Assembly (NCBI GenBank): GCA_037137395.1
Contig: JBAXKK010000039.1
Span: forward strand, 1 to 22,295
DNA from: Elusimicrobiota bacterium
GTDB lineage: Bacteria > Elusimicrobiota > Elusimicrobia > Elusimicrobiales > UBA9959
Direction of reading: 5' to 3'
DNA length: 22,295 nucleotides
The position numbers and the translations under genes were made by a program. Every line of letters starts with the position of its first letter. Position 1 is the first letter of the stretch. The notes beneath the pieces were generated by a model. It saw only the letters and a program-made list of their open reading frames with translations. It ran no database searches and had not been told where the DNA came from. This document shows, one piece after another, positions 10,807-20,255 of this stretch.

Positions 10807-12042
10807 CTATGGTTTGGCCCATTCCCCGACCAGGTTTATCAGGACCTCCGCGGATTTGTTCATGCCGTCTAGCGAGACCCACTCGTATCGGCCGTGGTAA
10901 TTAAAGCCCCCGGTGAAAACGTTCGGTGTCGGCAGGCCCATAAACGACAATCGCGCGCCGTCGGTTCCCCCGCGAACCGGCTTTATGCGCGGCTTAATTC
11001 CGGCTTTGCTGACCGCCGCGATAAGTTTTTCCATTATTTCAGGCTGCTTGCCAATAACCGGACCCATGTTCCGGTATTGTGTCTTAAATTCAATTTTTAT
11101 CTCCGCCAGCGGATATTTCAGCTTCTTCTCCGCGATTATGGCCGCAAGGTGTTTCTCCATAGTCTTTAATTTCCCCAGGTCGTGTTCGCGAACTATACCG
11201 GAAAGCTCAGCCGATTCTATCTCAGCTTTAAGGTCGGTAAACATTATAAAACCTTCCCGGTTCGCCGTAGTCTCAGGGAGGCGGTTCTCCGGCCAGGACG
11301 AGACGATGTCGGCTGCTATCCGCAGAGCGTTCGCCAGAGCGTTCTTGGCCGTTCCGGGGTGGACGCTCTTTCCTTTTATAACGATCCTGACGCCGTCCGC
11401 GTTAAACGTTTCCTCTTCTATCGCCCCCGCCACATCGCCATCAAAAGTGTAAGCGACGTCCGCGCCGAACTTCTTTACATTGAAATATTTCACACCCTGA
11501 CCCACTTCTTCGTCCGGCGTGAATCCTATCTTTATCTTTCCGTGTTGTATCTCCGGGTGTTTTATGAGGTATTCGGCCGCGGTCATGATTATGGCGAGAC
11601 CGGCCTTGTTATCAGCGCCCAGAAGCGTATCGCCGGACGCGGTCACGATGTCTTCGCCCTTACATCTGAGCAGTTCAGGGCAATTGCCGGGAGTTAGAAT
11701 GACACCCATTTTTTTATTTATAACAATCTTTCCGCCCCGGTAATTTCTATGAATTTGCGGCTTCACATTTTTGCCGCTCGCGTCGGGCGAGGTGTCCATA
11801 TGCGCCAGAAATCCGATAGCGGGCCTGTTCCCCTTCGTCGTGGCCGGTATCTCCCCGGTGACATAGCCGTACTTATCCATGCAGACATTTTTAACGCCCA
11901 CGCGCTTCAGCTCTTGCGCAAGTATTTTAGCGAGGTTCAACTGACCTTTTGAGGATGGGTAAGTTTTGGAATCGGGGTCGCTTTTTGTGTCCACCCTGGC
12001 GTATTTTTCAAGTCTTTTGTAAAGAATCTCTTTAAAATTCAT
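10807..12042 (-). CDS. pepT: Peptidase T (M20B tripeptide aminopeptidase)
   Basis: AHMDTSPD, TLLGADNKAG, FTPDEEVG, EEETFNA, VHPGTAK, RGGTDG and NYHG. AAGGAG RBS spacing favours ATG 12042. Confidence 0.95.
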   Translation of the reverse strand: MNFKEILYKRLEKYARVDTKSDPDSKTYPSSKGQLNLAKILAQELKRVGVKNVCMDKYGYVTGEIPATTKGNRPAIGFLAHMDTSPDASGKNVKPQIHRNYRGGKIVINKKMGVILTPGNCPELLRCKGEDIVTASGDTLLGADNKAGLAIIMTAAEYLIKHPEIQHGKIKIGFTPDEEVGQGVKYFNVKKFGADVAYTFDGDVAGAIEEETFNADGVRIVIKGKSVHPGTAKNALANALRIAADIVSSWPENRLPETTANREGFIMFTDLKAEIESAELSGIVREHDLGKLKTMEKHLAAIIAEKKLKYPLAEIKIEFKTQYRNMGPVIGKQPEIMEKLIAAVSKAGIKPRIKPVRGGTDGARLSFMGLPTPNVFTGGFNYHGRYEWVSLDGMNKSAEVLINLVGEWAKP

Positions 12043-12089
12043 AATCATCTCCTTATTTAAACCCTATTCCCTACACCCTAATCCTAATT

Positions 12090-12118
12090 TTGACCAATTG
12101 CCTTTAAAAATCTATAAT
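12090..12118 (+). promoter_or_regulatory. Sigma70 promoter for DUF47-pit
   Basis: TTGACC-17 nt-TATAAT, 45 nt upstream of the ATG. Confidence 0.75.
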
Positions 12119-12163
12119 CTAATTATATTCTAAATCCCGGGAATATTCAAAAGGAGCGCGAAC

Positions 12164-12790
12164 ATGGCCTTCAACTTTGTCCCAAAGGAACTAAAATTCT
12201 TCGATTTTCTCAGCCTGCAGGCTGATAACATAGTGAAGACCGCCGACTGCTTTAAGGCCTCCGTGAAAAAGGGCCTCTTTGATGAGGAAACAGTTAAAAA
12301 GATAAAAGATTTAGAGCATGAAGGCGATACGCTGTCCCATGAGATAGTGGATATGCTGAACCGCACTTTCATAACCCCCATCGACCGCGAAGACATCTAT
12401 TCCCTGACCAACACCCTTGACGACATCGTGGACATGATAAATTCCATGTCCAACCGTATAAAACTTTACAAGCTTGACGCCAACGACGAATACATGGTGC
12501 AGTTTGCCGACACCATAGATCAATCCGCGCACGCGCTATGCAACGCCGTAAAGCATATGCATGATACCAAGCGCTCCCGCCGCGTCCTGGACCACTGCAT
12601 AGAGGTCAACCGGCTGGAAAATCTCGGTGACCAGATACGCGAAAAAGCGATAGGCCATCTTTTTGAAACCGAAAAAGACCCCATCATGGTAATTAAATGG
12701 AAAGAAATTTACGAGGTTGCCGAGGGGACGCTGGATATCTGCGAGCATGTCGCGAAAGTTATTGAATCCATACTGGTGAAAAATGGATAA
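12164..12790 (+). CDS. DUF47 (PhoU-like) phosphate transport regulator
   Basis: LEHEGD, L..TFITPIDREDIY.L...LDDI.D, EN.GD and IKWKEIYE..E...D.CE. Overlaps the pit start. Confidence 0.93.
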   Translation: MAFNFVPKELKFFDFLSLQADNIVKTADCFKASVKKGLFDEETVKKIKDLEHEGDTLSHEIVDMLNRTFITPIDREDIYSLTNTLDDIVDMINSMSNRIKLYKLDANDEYMVQFADTIDQSAHALCNAVKHMHDTKRSRRVLDHCIEVNRLENLGDQIREKAIGHLFETEKDPIMVIKWKEIYEVAEGTLDICEHVAKVIESILVKNG

Positions 12791-13787
12791 CACTCTATTG
12801 GTGGTAAGCGGTTTGATCGCCCTGGCTCTGGTCTTTGACTATCTAAACGGTTTTCATGACGCCGCGAACTCCATCGCCACCATCGTCTCTACCCGTGTGC
12901 TATCGCCGCGCCAGGCTGTCATATGGGCGGCTTTCTTCAACGTTGTGGCTTTTTTTATCTTCAATCATGAAGTGGCAAAGACAATGGGGAAAGGGATAGT
13001 CGACATCAGCGTGATAGACTCCCATGTCATCTTCGGCACGCTGATCGGAGCTTGCGCCTGGAATATACTTACCTGGTATTACGGACTCCCCTCCAGCTCC
13101 TCTCACGCCCTTATGGGCGGTTTAGCCGGCGCGGCCGTGGTGAAGGCGGGCACCGGCGTTCTGGTGATGAGCGGCATAATAAAGGTTCTGCTGTTTATCG
13201 TGATTTCGCCCGTGCTCGGCATGGCGCTGGGGTTAATCTTCGGGGTGATTGTGTACCGTCTCTTCAGCAGGTCCGTTCCAAGCAAAGTGGACCATCTTTT
13301 TCGCAAAGGGCAATTACTATCAGCGGCTGCTTACAGTCTTGGTCATGGCGGGAATGACGCGCAAAAAACCATGGGCGTTATAACCGGTCTGCTATACAGC
13401 GCCGGCTACCTGGGCGGAAAATTTGAAGTCCCGGGCTGGGTAGCCATAGCTTGCTACACAGCTATGGGCCTGGGTACAATGTCGGGCGGCTGGCGCATAG
13501 TAAAGACTATGGGCCACAAGATTTCCAAATTAAAACCTGTAGATGGTTTTTGCGCGGAATCAGGCGCCGCCGCGACACTCTATCTGGCGTCCTCTATGGG
13601 TGTGCCTGTAAGTACCACTCACACCATAACCGGCGCGATCATGGGCGTGGGCACCATGAAGCGCTTCAGCGCGGTAAAATGGGGAGTGGCCGGCCAGATC
13701 GTCTGGGCCTGGGTCCTGACCATCCCCGGTTCAGCCTTGATCTCAGCCTTGGTTTACTGGCTATCTATACACCTGTTCTCCAAATAG
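12783..13787 (+). CDS. pit: Inorganic phosphate transporter, PiT family
   Basis: NGFHDAANSIAT, GLPSSSSHAL, HGGNDAQKTMG and PVSTTH motifs. Multiple transmembrane segments. Confidence 0.95.
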   Translation: MDNTLLVVSGLIALALVFDYLNGFHDAANSIATIVSTRVLSPRQAVIWAAFFNVVAFFIFNHEVAKTMGKGIVDISVIDSHVIFGTLIGACAWNILTWYYGLPSSSSHALMGGLAGAAVVKAGTGVLVMSGIIKVLLFIVISPVLGMALGLIFGVIVYRLFSRSVPSKVDHLFRKGQLLSAAAYSLGHGGNDAQKTMGVITGLLYSAGYLGGKFEVPGWVAIACYTAMGLGTMSGGWRIVKTMGHKISKLKPVDGFCAESGAAATLYLASSMGVPVSTTHTITGAIMGVGTMKRFSAVKWGVAGQIVWAWVLTIPGSALISALVYWLSIHLFSK

Positions 13788-13804
13788 TATCCAATCCTCT
13801 CAAT

Positions 13805-13845
13805 GCAAAAATCCCACCGGCCGTTAAAAGGCCGCGGGATTTTGC
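13805..13845. terminator. Bidirectional terminator
   Basis: gcaaaaatccc..cggcc-loop-ggccg.gggattttgc between convergent genes. Confidence 0.75.
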
Positions 13846-13858
13846 GTTATTTGCGCCG

Positions 13859-14425
13859 TTATCTGGCGGTGAACGTATATTTTATTTCGCTGTATTGCCA
13901 CTGAGAGTTGCACATGTCTGGCGTGCGGCCGTAGAAAGCTTTCAGAAAAGGCTCGGCCACTATCTTGCCCCGTGAGTCGGTCAGGACGTTGAATTCAATA
14001 TAGGCGTCCTCTCCGGCCGAACAGGCGGAACCTTTGCCGTTCTTGAAGATTACGGTTGTGGCTTTGTAGAGACCGTCTGACGGAGGTCCGATCTTCAGGT
14101 CAAACGCCCCGCTTAAACCGGTGCCGGAAACGCTGAGGCGCGGCTTTTCAAAAATATTACCGGAAATCTCCATGGAATCTATACAGAATGAAAAAGGCAT
14201 CCCCATCCGTTCAGCGTTAAAATCTTTTCCTCTCTGCCAGCAAAAAGAGCCCCTGAATACAAAACCGGATCTCTCCGGAGCCGTCGGGCCGGGAGCTATG
14301 GAGGCAGATTCCGCGGTAATGCCGGAAAGTTCAAACGCGGCCGTCCGCCGTATATTTTCAAAATCGGAAGCGCTAAGCGCCGGAGCGCAGACCAGAACAA
14401 CCAGCAGGCTTATCACTGACTTCAT
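13859..14425 (-). CDS. Hypothetical secreted protein (188 aa, 4 Cys in the mature part)
   Basis: AGGAGG RBS before ATG 14425 (not 14536) and signal peptide MKSVISLLVVLVCAPALSA. No family recognised. Confidence 0.7.
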   Translation of the reverse strand: MKSVISLLVVLVCAPALSASDFENIRRTAAFELSGITAESASIAPGPTAPERSGFVFRGSFCWQRGKDFNAERMGMPFSFCIDSMEISGNIFEKPRLSVSGTGLSGAFDLKIGPPSDGLYKATTVIFKNGKGSACSAGEDAYIEFNVLTDSRGKIVAEPFLKAFYGRTPDMCNSQWQYSEIKYTFTAR

Positions 14426-14457
14426 CGTGTTGCGTCCTCCTGAATAATGCCTCTTAT

Positions 14458-14499
14458 ATTTTAACATTCTCCGGCCGGCAAGTCTTTGACACAGGTCAA
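14458..14499 (-). promoter_or_regulatory. Candidate CRP/FNR-family class II promoter
   Basis: Palindrome TTGAC-N4-GTCAA (14486-14499) centred about -41.5 from a start implied by the extended -10 TGtTAAAAT (14466-14458). Confidence 0.55.
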
Positions 14500-14559
14500 C
14501 AATCTCGATGCATAGCAATTTAGAATGGTTGGCCATTTAGCCCTGCAAGGTAGAGATCG

Positions 14560-15828
14560 TTATTGCGCAGAAGCGGCGCGCCCGGCCAGGAGGCCGGAAG
14601 TCCAGGCGAAGTGGAGGTTGTAACCGCCGGAATCTGCGTCGATATCAAGCAATTCCCCCGTAATGAACAGATCTTTAACTTTCCGCGACTCAAAAGTTTC
14701 AGGCGAAACCTCCGATGTATCAACCCCGCCCGCCGCGACCATGGCGTCCTCAAAGCCCAGCGATCCCGTGATCTCCAGCTCGAGTCCTTTAAGGAGCCGC
14801 ACAAACCCGTCGAACGCTTTCACGGGAACCGCGCTGACAAGCTTATCGGAGCCGACCTTCGCCAGGTCGGATAAAAGCAGCGTCAGGCGCTCGTCTGCCA
14901 GGCCGCACAGGAACATCCGCCAGAAGCGATCAGCCATTTCCTCGCGCCTGGCGAGCATGAACGCGGAAAAGTCCGGGGCGGTGTATTCCGGAAAAAGATC
15001 CAGGCGGCATTTTATCGGGCCGGTCTTAAGCGCGAACACGGCGGCGCGGCTTAAATCAAGCACCGCGGGACCTGAAAGACCGTACCTCGTAAACAGGACC
15101 TCTCCCCGGCTTCGCGCAATAACTTTGCCGCCTGCCAGCAACTCAAGCGCGGCCTGAACCCTGATGCCCTCAACCTGCGTTACAAAACTTTCTTTTATTT
15201 TTAGAGGCACAATGACGGGCTCCGGCTCCGTGACGGCGTGCCCCAGAGACCGAGCCAGATCATAACCTGAGTCCGAGCCGCCTATCTGCGGATAGGCCGG
15301 GCCGCCGGCGGCCAGTATGACGGCGTCACACTTTAAGGTTGTCTGGGGACCGGGCGTCGCCTTCTTCTCCCACTTGGGCGGCACGCGGCGGGTTAATACT
15401 TCAAAGCCAATCTGTGTTTTTTTTACGCCCACGACCTCTGTCAATAATTTGATTCCCGAGTTTTTCCAGCAAATAAAATTCACAAGCGCGTTAACCACGT
15501 CGGACGCCTTCATGGAACGCGGAAAAACGCGCCCGTCGGATTCCTGCACGGTTAAAAGGCCCAGGCTTTCAAAAAACGCGAGTATATTGTCAGGAGGGAG
15601 GGCTTTCAGGGTCTTACCAATGAAATCTGGGGTTCCGCCGTGGTAGCGCCCGGAAGTCACCAAGCTATTGGTAAGGTTGCATTTGCCCGCTCCGGTCGAA
15701 AGGATTTTGCGGCCGGGAACATGATTTTTTTCCAGCACTGTAACGCGGGCCCCAGCTTCCGCCGCCGCGCAGGCGGCGGCCAGGCCAGAGGCCCCTGCGC
15801 CTATAATAATTATATTTTTGCCGTTCAT
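14560..15828 (-). CDS. HI0933/YhiN/BaiN-family FAD-dependent oxidoreductase
   Basis: IIGAGASG, GRKILSTGAGKCNLTN, GRVFP, GG.AYPQIG, GEVLFT.YGLSGP and GELLDID..SGGYNL..AW.SG. Confidence 0.93.
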   Translation of the reverse strand: MNGKNIIIIGAGASGLAAACAAAEAGARVTVLEKNHVPGRKILSTGAGKCNLTNSLVTSGRYHGGTPDFIGKTLKALPPDNILAFFESLGLLTVQESDGRVFPRSMKASDVVNALVNFICWKNSGIKLLTEVVGVKKTQIGFEVLTRRVPPKWEKKATPGPQTTLKCDAVILAAGGPAYPQIGGSDSGYDLARSLGHAVTEPEPVIVPLKIKESFVTQVEGIRVQAALELLAGGKVIARSRGEVLFTRYGLSGPAVLDLSRAAVFALKTGPIKCRLDLFPEYTAPDFSAFMLARREEMADRFWRMFLCGLADERLTLLLSDLAKVGSDKLVSAVPVKAFDGFVRLLKGLELEITGSLGFEDAMVAAGGVDTSEVSPETFESRKVKDLFITGELLDIDADSGGYNLHFAWTSGLLAGRAASAQ

Positions 15829-15835
15829 TAAATGA

Positions 15836-16033
15836 GGGTGCCGTGGAGCAAGTCCTTTGATAGCCCAAATCTCCCGTCACCGCACTGTCTGATTGGTTTC
15901 ACCTTAACTACGGCTGGGTCTAAGGGGTGACAGACATGGGTTGGATCGGGCCGAGAAGGAACCGGCGCGAAGGCGCCGGGCCGGTCGCAGGCCCGATGGG
16001 CCCCATGGCTGGCAGGACCCCGACCTGGAGCAA
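15836..16033 (-). repeat. Copy 2 (compact) of the structured non-coding repeat
   Basis: Collinear matches to 8-247. Internal rod ggggt/acccc, catggg/cccatg, atcgggcc/ggcccgat, ccggcgc/gcgccgg (15924-16021). Flanking 8-bp direct repeat TGGAGCAA (15844-15851, 16026-16033). Confidence 0.85.
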
Positions 16034-16046
16034 CCCGCTACCTTTC

Positions 16047-17039
16047 CTAAACCCTGTCGGCTGAGCCGACCACGGTCCTGTTCTTATCAATGTACATCTT
16101 TATCAGCTCTTCACGGGCCGGGCCCAGGTATTTGCGCGGATCAAACTCACCCGGCTTTTCCGCGAACACTTTTCGGATGATAGCGGTCATAACGAGTCGG
16201 CCGTCGGAATCTATGTTTATCTTGCAGACCGCGGACTTGGCGGCCTTGCGCAGCTGATCCGCGGACACGCCCACGGCGCCCTCCATCTTGCCGCCGTACT
16301 TATTTATCATGTCGATATAAACATCGAGAACGGAAGATGCGCCGTGCAGGACTATGGGGAAACCGGGGATGCGTTTCTCCACTTCCTCAAGGATATCAAA
16401 GCGGAGCGGCGGCGCGGATTCTCCGGGTTTAACCTTGAACTTGAAGGCGCCGTGGCTGGTGCCGATCGAGATAGCGAGTGAGTCGACTCCGGTGCGCTTC
16501 ACGAAATCTTCCACCTGCGCGGGTTCGGTGTAATGAGTGTGCTCGGAAGACACCTCGTCTTCGATGCCGGCAAGGACCCCCAGCTCTCCTTCAACAGTGA
16601 CGTCGAATTGATGAGCGAACTCTACCACCTGGCGGGTGATCTTTACGTTCTCCTCGTAAGGCAGGCTGGAGCCGTCGTACATGACGGAAGAAAATCCGTT
16701 CTCTATGCAGGATTTGCAGAGCTCAAAAGAATCGCCGTGATCCAGGTGCAGCGCCGTAGGCACGGAGCCCCCCGGCATCTCTTTGATCATTTCCATGGCG
16801 CCGCGAGCCATCCAGCGCAGCAGGGTGGGGTTGGCGTATTCGCGCGCGCCCTTCGAAATCTGCAATATTACCGGGGAGCGACTTTTCACGCAGGCGGTCA
16901 GAATAGCCTGAAGTTGCTCCATGTTGTTGAAATTGTAGGCGGGCACGGCGTAGCCGTCCTTGTTCGCTTTTGCGAACATTTCTTTGGTATTCACGAAACC
17001 TAATTCTTTATAGGACACGGGCTTTGTTGCGGTCGTCAT
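16047..17039 (-). CDS. fba: Class II fructose-1,6-bisphosphate aldolase
   Basis: YAVPAYN, SPVILQ, LHLDHG, GFSSVMYDGS, VEGELG, SIGTSHG, VLHGAS, KINIDSD and DPRKYL. GAGGTG RBS supports ATG 17039. Confidence 0.96.
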   Translation of the reverse strand: MTTATKPVSYKELGFVNTKEMFAKANKDGYAVPAYNFNNMEQLQAILTACVKSRSPVILQISKGAREYANPTLLRWMARGAMEMIKEMPGGSVPTALHLDHGDSFELCKSCIENGFSSVMYDGSSLPYEENVKITRQVVEFAHQFDVTVEGELGVLAGIEDEVSSEHTHYTEPAQVEDFVKRTGVDSLAISIGTSHGAFKFKVKPGESAPPLRFDILEEVEKRIPGFPIVLHGASSVLDVYIDMINKYGGKMEGAVGVSADQLRKAAKSAVCKINIDSDGRLVMTAIIRKVFAEKPGEFDPRKYLGPAREELIKMYIDKNRTVVGSADRV

Positions 17040-17250
17040 ATTGTTCACCTCAGTTGCTGGCGGTTGGGATTACTAAAACTATTATAATATTTTGCCTTTC
17101 AAAAAGCCACAAGACGCCGGTCAATCACAGGCGTTTAAAAAGAGATTATTTTCTGCAAGCCAGTAGTTTTTTAATCTTCCGGTCCTCTGTACAGGCAATA
17201 ATTTGCTAAAATCATATGATAGGGCGATTTATCGGCCGGAGAGATTTTTA

Positions 17251-19641
17251 ATGACGGAAGACAAAATAATTTTCAACGGCGTAAAGCCATCAAAATTTAC
17301 TTTGACCCAGCGCCGCGCCGCCTATTACGATGTCTCAGACATCATAACCAGCGCGCAATATAGAATTCAGGACGATGAAATAAAAGCCCTTGAGGACATA
17401 GACCTCATATACCGGACGATTACGGCCATCCTTTATAACTTCGCCAGCGCCTCGGGCCATCCCGGCGGAAGCATTTCCTCCGGCAGAATAGCCCAGGGGC
17501 TGCTGTTCTCGTCCATGGATTACGATTTTTTTGATCCCCAGCGCGAAAACAGCGACATCATAACCTACGCGGCCGGGCACAAAGCCATGGGACTTTACGC
17601 CCTCTGGGCGCTGCGAAACGAGCTCGTATTGGCTTCCGGCGCAAAAAACATGCCCGAGGAAAAATTCCAGCTTCGGCTGGAGGACCTTCTGGGCTTTCGG
17701 CGCAATCCCGTTAATTCTACGCCGCTTTTTAAGAAGTTTAATTCCAAAGCGCTTGATGGACACCCCACCCCCCGCACGCCTTTCGTTAAGACCGCCACCG
17801 GCGCATCCGGAGTCGGTGTCGGTGCCGGCGTGGGTCTGGCGCTGGGCGCGATGGATACTTATCCGGACAGGCCGCCCAGGGTCCACATGATAGAGGGCGA
17901 AGGCGGAATGACACCCGGTCGCGTGGCTGAAGCAATGGCCTCGGCTGCCGCAGCCCAGCTTTCCAACGCGATAATGCATATCGACTGGAATCAATCATCC
18001 GTAGACTCCGATAATGTGTGCCTTGAGAATTCTAAGCCTGGCGATTATGTGCAATGGACGCCCGGAGAACTGGCATACCTTAACGACTGGAATGTCGTCC
18101 ATGTCTCCAACGGCCACGATTTCTTTCAGATCCTTACTGCCCAGAAGTTCGCCGCCAACCAAAGCGAGAACAGGCAGCCTACAGCCGTGGTATACCGCAC
18201 GGTCAAAGGCTGGAAATACGGCATAGAGGGCAGCTCCGCACACGGCGCCGGCCACAAATTCTCTTCCGCGGGCTATTACGGAACGCTGAGCGAATTCGAA
18301 AACAAATTCAGTGTCACCATGCCGCGCTATTGCGCGAGTTCCCCCACGCCCGAATCCGTGGAGGAATGTTTCTATGACACGCTGATGGTCATCAGAAAAA
18401 CCATTGAAGCCAATCCGGCGCTGTCCAAATTCGCCCTGGATAAAATCAACGAGTCAAAAGCGCGTCTTGAAGCACAGGCCAGAACGCCCAGAGCCGACGC
18501 GCCCGATCCGGAAAAAGCCTACATGTTAAAATGCTCCCGGCCGCCGGAAGCGCTGGAGTTTAAACCCGGTAATGAGATAACTCTGCGGGAGACACTTGCA
18601 AGAGCTCTTAATCACATAAACCTTCTCACCGGAGGAGCCATTCTGGTTTCGGCGGCCGACCTTTACAGCTCCACCAGCGTTAATCTGGTTGGCAAAGGGT
18701 TTGGCGAAGGATTCTTTAATTCAGTCTCCAATCCCGGGTCCCGGACCATCTCGGCCGGCGGTATATGCGAGGATGCCATGGGGGCCATAGCCTCCGGCAT
18801 CTCCAGTTTTGGACGGCACATAGGCGTTACCTCGTCATACGCGGCCTTTATCGCTCCCCTGGAACACATTTCAGCCCGCCTGCACGCCATCGGCCAGCAG
18901 AACCGCAAAGCTCTTGACGGTAAGCCATGTAGCGCCTTCATAATGATCAACGCCCATGCCGGCATTAAGACCGGAGAGGATGGTTCGACGCACGCGGATC
19001 CGCAGCCGCTGCAACTTCTGGAAGGCAATTTTCCTAAAGGTGCGCTCATCACCCTGACACCCTGGGAACCAGGAGAAGTATGGCCGCTTCTGGCTTCAGC
19101 GCTGAACCGGCGCCCTTCTGTAATCGCCCCGTTCGTCACCCGCCCCGCTGAAAAGGTTATAGACCGCGCCGCTCTCGGCCTCCCCCCCGCCGAAGAGGCC
19201 GCCAAAGGTGTTTACTATTTATTGAGGTCCAATCCCAAAAAGCCCCATCGCGGCACCGTAGTTATCCAGGGTAGCGGGGTGGCGTCAGTATTCGTACACG
19301 AAGTGCTGCCGAAAATAAAAGAAGCCGGCATCAACATGAACGCGGTTTATGTTACATCTAAAGAACTTTTTGAACTTCTGGATGCGGAAGAGAAGGAAGC
19401 AATATTCCCCGAAAAGTCAGCCATGGAAGCCATGGGGATAACCGACTTCACGCTGCCGACCATGTATTATTGGGTCAGGTCCGGTGATGGCATAGACCGC
19501 ACACTTCACTCTTTTAAAAAAGATCGCTATCTCGGCAGCGGTAAGGTCGCCGAAGTGCTTAAGGAAGCAGGGTTGGACGCCGTCGCGCAGTTCACTGCTA
19601 TTGAAAACTACGCCGCTTTTATAGCGGGTTCGAAAAAATAA
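17251..19641 (+). CDS. Transketolase-family ThDP enzyme, atypical (796 aa)
   Basis: SGHPGG, AGH, GHP, GEG...DWN, T.KG, AHG, SAADL, GICEDAMG and GEDGSTH. GGAGAG RBS before ATG 17251. Confidence 0.85.
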   Translation: MTEDKIIFNGVKPSKFTLTQRRAAYYDVSDIITSAQYRIQDDEIKALEDIDLIYRTITAILYNFASASGHPGGSISSGRIAQGLLFSSMDYDFFDPQRENSDIITYAAGHKAMGLYALWALRNELVLASGAKNMPEEKFQLRLEDLLGFRRNPVNSTPLFKKFNSKALDGHPTPRTPFVKTATGASGVGVGAGVGLALGAMDTYPDRPPRVHMIEGEGGMTPGRVAEAMASAAAAQLSNAIMHIDWNQSSVDSDNVCLENSKPGDYVQWTPGELAYLNDWNVVHVSNGHDFFQILTAQKFAANQSENRQPTAVVYRTVKGWKYGIEGSSAHGAGHKFSSAGYYGTLSEFENKFSVTMPRYCASSPTPESVEECFYDTLMVIRKTIEANPALSKFALDKINESKARLEAQARTPRADAPDPEKAYMLKCSRPPEALEFKPGNEITLRETLARALNHINLLTGGAILVSAADLYSSTSVNLVGKGFGEGFFNSVSNPGSRTISAGGICEDAMGAIASGISSFGRHIGVTSSYAAFIAPLEHISARLHAIGQQNRKALDGKPCSAFIMINAHAGIKTGEDGSTHADPQPLQLLEGNFPKGALITLTPWEPGEVWPLLASALNRRPSVIAPFVTRPAEKVIDRAALGLPPAEEAAKGVYYLLRSNPKKPHRGTVVIQGSGVASVFVHEVLPKIKEAGINMNAVYVTSKELFELLDAEEKEAIFPEKSAMEAMGITDFTLPTMYYWVRSGDGIDRTLHSFKKDRYLGSGKVAEVLKEAGLDAVAQFTAIENYAAFIAGSKK

Positions 19642-19654
19642 CGGAGGTAACATC

Positions 19655-20110
19655 ATGATGATCCAGGTTCAGGAAAAGCCCTATCTCACAGGCCGCGCCT
19701 TTATGTTTAGTCTCAGCAAAGGTGAGGACCTTCTGCAGGCGGTTCAGTATTTCTGCCATCACCATCAGGTCCGCTGCGGTCTCATAAGCGCCATAGGGGC
19801 CGTGGAGCGCGCCACCTTCGGCGTATATGACCAGAAAGCCAAAAAGTATATAAAGATCAACATCGAAAAAGAGATGGAAATATTATCGCTCTCCGGCAAT
19901 GTCAGCCTCTTTGACGATAAACCCATGGTTCACGCGCATATCATGTTTTCCGATATGGAAGGCAAAGCTTGCGGCGGCCATCTGATGGCCGGCACCAAGG
20001 TTTTTAGCCTGGAAGTTTTCATCCAGGAACTCACCGGGGACCTGAAGGTCCGCAAGCTTGAGAAGGTCACTCAACTGCCTCTCTGGACCAATCCTCTTTG
20101 TTTTAAATAA
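19655..20110 (+). CDS. PPC/DUF296 domain protein
   Basis: L.KGEDL, SAIGAV, EILSLSGNVS, HAH and GGHL. GGAGGT RBS, 13 nt after the transketolase stop. Confidence 0.9.
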   Translation: MMIQVQEKPYLTGRAFMFSLSKGEDLLQAVQYFCHHHQVRCGLISAIGAVERATFGVYDQKAKKYIKINIEKEMEILSLSGNVSLFDDKPMVHAHIMFSDMEGKACGGHLMAGTKVFSLEVFIQELTGDLKVRKLEKVTQLPLWTNPLCFK

Positions 20111-20255
20111 AAAGAGAATATGGCTTCAGCGAAGACGGCGTCGCGGACAGGCGGAGCTATATCGCAGAGGGAAAATTGACACCAAAAATCGATAACACTA
20201 AACGGGGAACCGTCGGCCATCGCCTTTACTCCGCCCTGAATATAAAGGCGGCGAA

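Noticed and set aside
14426..14536. N-terminal extension of the 225-aa ORF
   Set aside because: The strong RBS and signal peptide begin at 14425, and the extension spans the promoter.
16025..16046. GGTAGCGGGTTGC (minus strand) resembles the 3' end of a c-di-GMP-I riboswitch
   Set aside because: The upstream sequence is fba coding, and the GGCAAA/GNRA/GCAAAG half is missing.
20202..20212. ACGGGGAACCG identical to 196-206
   Set aside because: An isolated 11-mer with no flanking similarity, compatible with chance.
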